Position numbers and translations under genes: made by a program. Shown here one piece after another: positions 56,975-64,000 of a stretch of 64,000 bases of DNA (positions are counted from its first letter, which is position 1; every line of letters begins with the position of its first letter). Under the pieces are notes generated by a model. That model was not told where the DNA came from. It searched no databases and saw only the letters and a list, made by a program, of their open reading frames with translations. Source of the DNA: Minisyncoccia bacterium (GTDB lineage Bacteria; Patescibacteriota; Minisyncoccia; Phycocordibacterales; UBA9973); NCBI GenBank assembly GCA_965662335.1, contig CBFIGQ010000045.1, positions 1,156 through 65,155 on the forward strand, given 5' to 3'.

Positions 56975-57364
56975 ATGGCAGTCGCAAAAACAACTAAAAC
57001 TAAGGCACCGGCTAAAAAAGCAGTCGCAAAAAAGGCTCCAAAAACTGACGGCTTTGCAGTTATTGCGACCGGCGGCAAGCAATATATTGCCCAGGTTGGA
57101 GATACTCTCACTATCGAAAAGCTCGCAGGGGATTTCAAAAAAGGTGACAGCGTTACGTTTGACCAAGTGCTTCTCTCAGACTCAGGCTCAGACACTATTA
57201 TCGGCGCTCCTACAGTGTCGGGTGCAAGTGTTACTGCTGAAATCACGACTATCGGCCGCGCACAAAAGGTGACAGTGCTGAAGTACAAACAAAAGTCACG
57301 CTACCAAAAGAAAAATGGCCACCGCCAGCCATTCTTTAAGGTAAAGATTACTGCTATCAAATAA
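56975..57364 (+). CDS. rplU: 50S ribosomal protein L21 with Lys/Ala-rich N-extension
   Basis: FAVIATGGKQY, GHRQ. Confidence 0.96.
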   Translation: MAVAKTTKTKAPAKKAVAKKAPKTDGFAVIATGGKQYIAQVGDTLTIEKLAGDFKKGDSVTFDQVLLSDSGSDTIIGAPTVSGASVTAEITTIGRAQKVTVLKYKQKSRYQKKNGHRQPFFKVKITAIK

Positions 57365-57393
57365 AAAAAGATCCCGGTAATTCCGGGGCTTTT

Positions 57394-57987
57394 TTATTCT
57401 CTCTTCTTAAGCGATGCATTAAGGCTCGCCGCATCTGCATACTCGAGCTCGGTACCGCTTGAGAGGCCGCGGCCAAGACTTGAGAGCTCTATAGGGTATT
57501 GTGCGAGCATTTCGCGCACGATGGTATCAGTATGATCGCCGTTTGGGGTAAGGGGGAAGGCAAGGATGACCTCATAGTCCGCCATGGACTCAAAGGCAAC
57601 ACGTTCTTTGAGCTTATCAATATTGGTACCGGCCAGTACATTTTTCTGGACTATTGGGATAAGGCCGCCGAGTACAAAAAAGAGTCCGTTGTAGTCAGTC
57701 TTCTTGAAGCTATCAATATCCTGGCTTTTTTCTACGACCAGCAGCTTGCTTTGGTCACGGCTAGGATTTGCGCAGATATCGCATCTGTCTCCAGACCCTT
57801 CAAATATACGCAAACAGCGAGTACAGGTATGCGCCTGCTGCCTTGTATCAAGGAGAGTACGGGCAAGGCTTGCAACGTAGTGTTCCGGCTGTGTCAGTAT
57901 GAAATAGGCAAAGCGAGCTGCCTGGCGCTGTCCGATGCCCGGGAATTTAAGAAAGAGCTGCGTAAGGCGCTCGAGTTGCTGATCCAT
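57394..57987 (-). CDS. recR: Recombination protein RecR
   Basis: FPGIG HhH, CxxC..CxxC, TOPRIM domain, ELEYAD. Confidence 0.96.
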   Translation of the reverse strand: MDQQLERLTQLFLKFPGIGQRQAARFAYFILTQPEHYVASLARTLLDTRQQAHTCTRCLRIFEGSGDRCDICANPSRDQSKLLVVEKSQDIDSFKKTDYNGLFFVLGGLIPIVQKNVLAGTNIDKLKERVAFESMADYEVILAFPLTPNGDHTDTIVREMLAQYPIELSSLGRGLSSGTELEYADAASLNASLKKRE

Positions 57988-57990
57988 AGA

Positions 57991-59373
57991 TTAAAAGTCA
58001 TCAAACGATGTCGCCTTTTTAACACCGTAGTCAACATGCTCCTTGTCGAGTGGGAGGAAGCTGGTCGTCTTGCCATCAAAGAGGAGTTGTACTGAGCCAA
58101 CCGCACCGTTACGATGCTTCTCGACTAGGATATCAGCAATGCCGTCCTTTTCATCCTTGTAACGGTCGTCTCGGTGAATGAACATCACGAGATCTGCGTC
58201 TTGCTCAATGGATCCAGAGTCACGGAGGTCAGAGAGACGTGGTTTGCCACCGCGCTGCTCCACGTTACGAGAAAGCTGTGAGAGCGCGAGTACGGGCACG
58301 TCGAGCTCACGGGCGAGCTGCTTAAGAGATCGGGAGATTTCAGTCACTTGGTTGACCATGGAGTCATAATTTTTGCTCGTCGTCATGAGCTGGAGGTAGT
58401 CCACCACAATGAGCCCAAGTCCGTGCTCACTTTTGAGCCGGCGGGCGACAGAGCGCATTTTGACTATGGAGTTTCCAGCTTGGTCATCGATATATATTGG
58501 GGCCTTTTGGAGACGCGATGCGGCTTCTTGGAGCGTTGTGAAATGTTGGTTGGTGATGCCGTGACCGGTACGGATGGCCCATGCGTCAACGCGGGACTCG
58601 GCAGAGAGCATACGCTGGACGAGCTGTTGTGCGCTCATTTCAAGCGAAAATATTCCCACTGGAATACCAGAAAGGGCAACGTTGCGCGCAATATCGAGCG
58701 CAAATGTGGTCTTACCCATACTAGGCCTGGCTGCGAGGATGATGAGATCGGACTTTTGGAGTCCCGCGAGAAGATTGTCCAGATCGCCAAAGCCAGTAGG
58801 GACACCACGGAGCTCGTCTTTGTTTTCTCGGAGGTATTCTATCTGCTCGACTGTTTCAAGGAGCGACTGCTTGATAGAGACAAAGGCGTTTTTGGTCTGC
58901 ATACTTGATGACACCTTGAAAATCGACTTTTCAGCCGCATCGAGAATGTCTGCTGTTTCCATATCATTTTCTTCATACGAAAGGGTAGCAATAGATTCTG
59001 ATGCATCGATGAGTGATCGCAAGATATACTTTTTGTAGACAATATCTGCATAATGACGAACATTGACTGTAGAGGGAACATTTGACATGAGCTCATTGAG
59101 ATACACATTGCCGCCGATATCCTGAAGCTGCTTCTTTTCCTTGAGACAGTTGGCAATAGAGAGTACATCTATTGGCTCATTTTTCAGTGAAAGCTCAAGA
59201 ATATTACGAAAGATAATTGCATGCTTTTTGGCATAAAACATGTCAGGCGTGAGGAGGTCAACTATCTCGTGTATTGCGGCTGGTCTGAGCATGAGCGCGC
59301 CAAGTACTGCCTGCTCGCTCTCGATGGAGTGTGGCGGAACGCGAAGATTGGTGAGACTCTGAGTCTTTTGCAT
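57991..59373 (-). CDS. dnaB: Replicative helicase DnaB
   Basis: PPHSIESEQAVLG, AARPSMGKT, DYLQL, DLRDSGSIEQDAD. Confidence 0.98.
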   Translation of the reverse strand: MQKTQSLTNLRVPPHSIESEQAVLGALMLRPAAIHEIVDLLTPDMFYAKKHAIIFRNILELSLKNEPIDVLSIANCLKEKKQLQDIGGNVYLNELMSNVPSTVNVRHYADIVYKKYILRSLIDASESIATLSYEENDMETADILDAAEKSIFKVSSSMQTKNAFVSIKQSLLETVEQIEYLRENKDELRGVPTGFGDLDNLLAGLQKSDLIILAARPSMGKTTFALDIARNVALSGIPVGIFSLEMSAQQLVQRMLSAESRVDAWAIRTGHGITNQHFTTLQEAASRLQKAPIYIDDQAGNSIVKMRSVARRLKSEHGLGLIVVDYLQLMTTSKNYDSMVNQVTEISRSLKQLARELDVPVLALSQLSRNVEQRGGKPRLSDLRDSGSIEQDADLVMFIHRDDRYKDEKDGIADILVEKHRNGAVGSVQLLFDGKTTSFLPLDKEHVDYGVKKATSFDDF

Positions 59374-59434
59374 AGAGAGATTGTACCACTTTGCCTAGCT
59401 TTAAAAAATCCACTATTTTTGGTACTATATACAC

Positions 59435-60403
59435 ATGAAATCCACACCTAAGAGGCTTATCTCAGGCGTAAAGCCAACAGGTCGACCACATATTGGCAAC
59501 TATTTTGGAGCGATGAAGCAGTTTGTGGAGCTGCAGAATCAATACGAAACAATTATATTTATTGCTGACTTGCACGCGCTCAACTTTATTCAAAACAAAG
59601 ATGAGATGCAAAAATTATCACACGATCTCATACTTGATTATCTGGGTATTGGACTAGATCCAGAAAAGGTCTTGTTATTTAAGCAGTCATCGGTGCCCGC
59701 ACATACGCAGCTGACCTGGATATTTGATACACTCGTGACCGTGCCATTTATGATGCGCGCGCATGCATACAAGGATGCATTGGCCAAAGATATTGAGCCT
59801 GGGATGGGGCTTTTTAACTATCCAGTGCTTATGTCAGCAGATATTCTCGTATATGATGCCGATGTAGTACCGGTTGGCAAAGATCAAAAGCAACATATTG
59901 AGTATGCTCGAGATATAGCGGGTAAGTTTAATCACCAGTATGGAGAACATTTCAAACTTCCGAACGAACTTATTCTCGAAGACGTAGCAATTGTGCCAGG
60001 CACAGACGGTCAAAAGATGAGCAAGAGCTATGGTAACACCATCCCGCTTTTTGGAACTGACGAAGAAATCACCAAAGCGGTGATGAGTATTGCGACTGAC
60101 TCTCGTGGCAAGGATGAAGAGAAAAATCCCGATGATCTGATCCTGTATCAGATTCACAAACTCTTTAACCCATCAGAGGAACTCAAATCCCAATACGCTC
60201 AAGGTCTCGGCTATGGGGATGCAAAGAAAATACTGATCCAGGACATCATCACCTTCGTCACTCCTATGCGCGAGCGACGCAAGAAATACGAAGACAATCC
60301 AAAACTCGTCCAAGAGATCCTCGTCCGCGGCGCCATGAAGGCAAATGACATCGCGATGAAAAAGATATTTGAAGTGTATGAGGCGGTAGGTTTGACGGAG
60401 TAG
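59435..60403 (+). CDS. trpS: Tryptophanyl-tRNA synthetase
   Basis: PTGRPHIGNY, YPVLMSADI, VPVGKDQ, KMSKS. Confidence 0.98.
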   Translation: MKSTPKRLISGVKPTGRPHIGNYFGAMKQFVELQNQYETIIFIADLHALNFIQNKDEMQKLSHDLILDYLGIGLDPEKVLLFKQSSVPAHTQLTWIFDTLVTVPFMMRAHAYKDALAKDIEPGMGLFNYPVLMSADILVYDADVVPVGKDQKQHIEYARDIAGKFNHQYGEHFKLPNELILEDVAIVPGTDGQKMSKSYGNTIPLFGTDEEITKAVMSIATDSRGKDEEKNPDDLILYQIHKLFNPSEELKSQYAQGLGYGDAKKILIQDIITFVTPMRERRKKYEDNPKLVQEILVRGAMKANDIAMKKIFEVYEAVGLTE

Positions 60404-60405
60404 GT

Positions 60406-60714
60406 ATGGAAACAGTTGAAAAAGAATCGTATAGAGAGTTATTCCGCGTCATTAGACGATCTATTTCATTTGCATGGAAATATGAAAAAGGTCTTTTCCT
60501 CTTTCAAATTGTTCTCGCTATTCTTAGTGCTGTAGTCGTATATTTTCAGTTGATATCGTTTTCAACAATAATCAATGAAATCATACGTATTAAATCCGTA
60601 GGGATTGGTATTACCCACCAACTCGTCAAAAGTTCAATTTTTTTAGGAATCACTTTGTTTGTCCCATCGCTTTTATGGAAAAGATCTATTGGCCCAAGAC
60701 CATGTGTCTTGTAG
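60406..60714 (+). pseudogene. Truncated N-terminus of an ABC exporter permease-like protein
   Basis: RSISFAWK..LF..QIVLAIL...IINEI TM pattern, ending after two TM segments. Confidence 0.5.
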
Positions 60715-60910
60715 AGATTCTTGCTTTTGCAGGAAGAGAAGTAGAAGAGAGAGAAAAAGTAAAGGCGCGGCGTGAACATAAGCGCCGAAATCGTAAACCA
60801 TTAAAAATGTAACCTAACAAAAACCAGCCTCTAACGAGGCTGTTGACTTTTGATATAAAATAAGCATAATGTTTATAAACTAATTTATATAATCTTTAAA
60901 ACAATACATA

Positions 60911-62176
60911 ATGCGAAAGAAATACAGTCTCAAAGACTTTGCAGCTTCTCGAAAAGAAACAGTACTTGAAAATGGGCTTAAGGTTGTTCTCTATCAAAAG
61001 CGACATGCGCCGATTCGGGCACATCTTATGATCCGCGCAGGTTCAATTTATGATGTGCCAGGAAAGGAAGGATTGGCACATCTAGCAGAGCACTTACTTG
61101 CTGCAGGATCGAGGAAGGTACACAAAGAAGAATTTTGGGGTATTATGGAATCCGTAGGAGGATTTCGAAATGCATCTACATCATGCACATGGATGGCCGT
61201 AAAGTCTGAAATCGCTATCAAATCACATTTGCCTAAAATGTATAAGCATTTCTACCACGCAATCTCCGAAATGTATGTAACGGAGCAACTATTGAGCAAG
61301 GAAAAGCAAATCATTTATTCCGAAATTAAAAAGGCAAACTCAAAACCTGAAAGACACGAACACAATTTCGTGAACAATGTATTAGCAAATGGCACGAATT
61401 GGAACAAAGATAGCTTGGGAACAATGGAATCTCTAAATACTATATCAGTACATGATGTGGAAGATTTTTATACTAAACACATCATTGCTGAAAATATGGT
61501 TATGGTGATTGCCGGCGACTGTGAGTTGTCTGACATACAAAAGTACTTTTCAAAACTTCCCATAAGACGCGGTGTAGAAATAGTGCTACCTACGGATCCT
61601 AGACCGATTTCTAAAGGTAGTTACTACAACCATATACTTCCAATTGAGGAAACGAGGGTACGTGTATTATTTGAAGCGCCACGCGAAAATACTCCTGAAT
61701 ACGAAATGGTACGGTTTGCACTAGCACATAGCCACGACGGATTGACTTCACGTTTCTATCGCAGTCTTCGCACTGACAAAAATCTCGCGTACGGCCTGAA
61801 TAGAATTGAATACGGTTATAATAGAAATGGATACTTTGGTACGTATGTTGGGATACCTCCAGAAAAAACTGAGGCTGCAATTAGCGCGATTATTCAAAGC
61901 TATGAAGATTTGCTTCGTAAAGGATTTACTCGCATTGAAGTCGCTCGCAAAAATGAAACATGGTTTTACTCATTGATGCGTACTATGCAACGCAGTGAAG
62001 ACTGGGTTCAAAGATTTCAGCTTGAAGAATTGTATCCTCACATGAAATCATTTTATGGACCCTTTCCTGAAATATTCAATATTCGCCCGAAGTTTGATAT
62101 TGATGAATTAAATGAAGCGATAAGGCACTGGCTCAATCCTACCAAAGCCTCAAAGATCAAAGTTGGAAATTTCTGA
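60911..62176 (+). CDS. M16 (pitrilysin) family zinc peptidase
   Basis: LENGLKV, RAGS, GLAHLAEH inverted zinc motif, SRFYRSLR...LAY. Confidence 0.92.
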   Translation: MRKKYSLKDFAASRKETVLENGLKVVLYQKRHAPIRAHLMIRAGSIYDVPGKEGLAHLAEHLLAAGSRKVHKEEFWGIMESVGGFRNASTSCTWMAVKSEIAIKSHLPKMYKHFYHAISEMYVTEQLLSKEKQIIYSEIKKANSKPERHEHNFVNNVLANGTNWNKDSLGTMESLNTISVHDVEDFYTKHIIAENMVMVIAGDCELSDIQKYFSKLPIRRGVEIVLPTDPRPISKGSYYNHILPIEETRVRVLFEAPRENTPEYEMVRFALAHSHDGLTSRFYRSLRTDKNLAYGLNRIEYGYNRNGYFGTYVGIPPEKTEAAISAIIQSYEDLLRKGFTRIEVARKNETWFYSLMRTMQRSEDWVQRFQLEELYPHMKSFYGPFPEIFNIRPKFDIDELNEAIRHWLNPTKASKIKVGNF

Positions 62177-62237
62177 CTTAAAGCCCGGAATCCCCGGGCT
62201 TTTTTTATTGCGTTTTCTATGGCATAATGTGGGAACT

Positions 62238-63674
62238 ATGACAGAGGAACATACTCGCGTACTTATTGGAGACCTTGGGGTAAAGGCAGGGGAAACAGTA
62301 CTGATCAAAGGCTGGATTGATGTCCGTCGTGATCAGGGCAAGATGGTGTTTTTTGATTTCCGTGATATGAGCGGATACATCCAAGGTGTTGTGCTTCCAA
62401 ACCGTCCGGAGGTGATAGAAATAGCCAAGACCTGCCGGCCAGAAACAGTGGTGAAGGTAGAAGGAATAGTAAACAAAAGACCCGAACGCAATGTCCAGAA
62501 TGACAAGCAGAATGGTGATATTGAGCTGGAGGTGACTGGTATCGAGATCCTCAATCATGCAGAGCCACTCCCATTTGAAATCAACGTCGATACAAAAGAG
62601 GTGAGTGAAGAGGTACGTCTCAAGTACCGCTACCTCGACATGCGCAGCAGCCGTATGCAGCGCAACATGCGCATGCGTGATGCAGTGGTGCAGTATGTGC
62701 GCAACGTACTCCATGGCGAGAAATTCATCGAAGTAGAAACGCCGATCCTCACCAAGAGTACCCCAGAAGGTGCTCGCGACTATATTGTCCCTGCACGATT
62801 GTATCCTGGGACTTTTTATGCGCTGCCGCAGTCTCCGCAGCAGTACAAGCAGCTCCTTATGGCAGGTGGTGTTGAGCGATACTTCCAGTTTGCAAAGTGT
62901 ATGCGTGACGAAGACGGGCGCGGTGATCGCCAACCAGAATTTACCCAGCTCGACATGGAACTCTCGTTCGTGGAGCGTGAAGACGTGATGCAGCTCAACG
63001 AGCAGCTTCTCATCGAAGTTGTACAAAATTTTTTCCCAGAAAAGAAGATCCAGCAGATCCCATTCCCGCGCATTTCATACGCAGAAGCAATGTCCAAGTA
63101 CGGCAACGACCGGCCAGACATACGTGAGAACAAAGACGACCCCAACACCCTCGCATTTTGCTGGGTCGTAGACTTCCCATTCTTTGAGTCTACGGAGAAG
63201 TCCGACAATCCTGACGCAACGGGCGCATGGACTTACACGCACAACCCATTCTCTCGTCCCATCCCGGAGCACATGGAAAACTTGATGAATAAAAAAGATA
63301 TTGGCTCAATTCTCACAACGCAGTACGACATAGTCCTCAACGGCTACGAGATCGGTGGAGGATCAATCCGTAACCATACCTATGATGCACTCATGAAAGT
63401 ATTTGAAATTCTTGGGCATGGAGCAGACGCTATTGAAAAGGACTTTGGCCACATGATCCACGCCTTCAAGACTGGTACGCCTCCACATGGCGGTATTGCA
63501 TGGGGATTTGATCGTCTCATGATGCTGCTCCTCGACGAGCCCAATATTCGCGAAGTAATGGCATTTCCAAAGACTGGAGAAGGCAAAGACCCAATGATGC
63601 AGGCACCGTCTGAAGTATCAAGCAAGCAATTGGATGAGCTCAATATAGTGCTCAAGAAAATAGAGAAGAAATAA
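62238..63674 (+). CDS. aspS: Aspartyl-tRNA synthetase, short form lacking the GAD insertion
   Basis: RLKYRYLD, TPEGARD, LPQSPQ, RQPEFTQLD, PPHGGIAWG. Confidence 0.97.
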   Translation: MTEEHTRVLIGDLGVKAGETVLIKGWIDVRRDQGKMVFFDFRDMSGYIQGVVLPNRPEVIEIAKTCRPETVVKVEGIVNKRPERNVQNDKQNGDIELEVTGIEILNHAEPLPFEINVDTKEVSEEVRLKYRYLDMRSSRMQRNMRMRDAVVQYVRNVLHGEKFIEVETPILTKSTPEGARDYIVPARLYPGTFYALPQSPQQYKQLLMAGGVERYFQFAKCMRDEDGRGDRQPEFTQLDMELSFVEREDVMQLNEQLLIEVVQNFFPEKKIQQIPFPRISYAEAMSKYGNDRPDIRENKDDPNTLAFCWVVDFPFFESTEKSDNPDATGAWTYTHNPFSRPIPEHMENLMNKKDIGSILTTQYDIVLNGYEIGGGSIRNHTYDALMKVFEILGHGADAIEKDFGHMIHAFKTGTPPHGGIAWGFDRLMMLLLDEPNIREVMAFPKTGEGKDPMMQAPSEVSSKQLDELNIVLKKIEKK

Positions 63675-63711
63675 AAAATCCTCCGTAAGAACGGGGGATT
63701 TTATATTTTGT

Positions 63712-63933
63712 TCAAAATATTTTTACTTCAGCCATATAACTTTTATCCAAAGCAACAGTAGTAGGATCAATATTCTTTTCTTTTAGAAACTCAATGAGAT
63801 CCTTCAGGTTTAATTTACTCCTATCGCCGTTGTATACATGATTAGTTACAAGGAGCGCTTTTCCTTTGTCTCTACCTTTCTTTGGTGCTGAATATAAAAA
63901 GAACTTATCAGTTTTATTTCTCGTATTTGGCAT
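63712..63933 (-). CDS. Hypothetical protein
   Basis: 73 aa ORF convergent with aspS across a shared hairpin. Confidence 0.55.
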   Translation of the reverse strand: MPNTRNKTDKFFLYSAPKKGRDKGKALLVTNHVYNGDRSKLNLKDLIEFLKEKNIDPTTVALDKSYMAEVKIF

Positions 63934-64000
63934 ATTGGGTAGTTTTTGATTTTTCTTATTATATCATATATAAAAATATAGTCAATATGTAATAAAAAAG

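Overview
Chromosomal segment of a reduced-genome bacterium, most consistent with Patescibacteria/CPR (Parcubacteria-like). The basis is shortened AlaRS, AspRS, Zwf, HolB and L13, a helicase-dead PriA, CPR-type hypothetical families and pervasive leaderless promoters; this is inference, no database search was run. Most of the window is housekeeping: tsaD, ftsZ/A, mreB, the infA-rpoA-rpsI operon, grpE-dnaK-dnaJ, five aminoacyl-tRNA synthetases, dnaB and recR, plus three tRNAs (Val, Glu, Ser). There are two accessory regions. (1) A ~7.2 kb large-serine-recombinase element is integrated at the 3' end of tRNA-Glu (core TCACAA, 4235-11455). It carries an inverted, intact internal copy of its own attP that forms two nested inverted-repeat pairs. 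Its cargo is an HTH controller, a putative restriction endonuclease, two methyltransferases (one fused to LexA) and a DUF3800 gene followed by a ~470 nt highly structured GC-rich non-coding stretch (candidate ncRNA). (2) A ~5 kb integrase-less island lies between two diverged copies of the lysS 3' end. It encodes an AAA ATPase, a nucleotidyltransferase-alpha/beta-hydrolase fusion, a Zn-finger methyltransferase and a Cys-rich protein, and is followed by a speD-EamA-DUF2156-split histidine kinase cluster.
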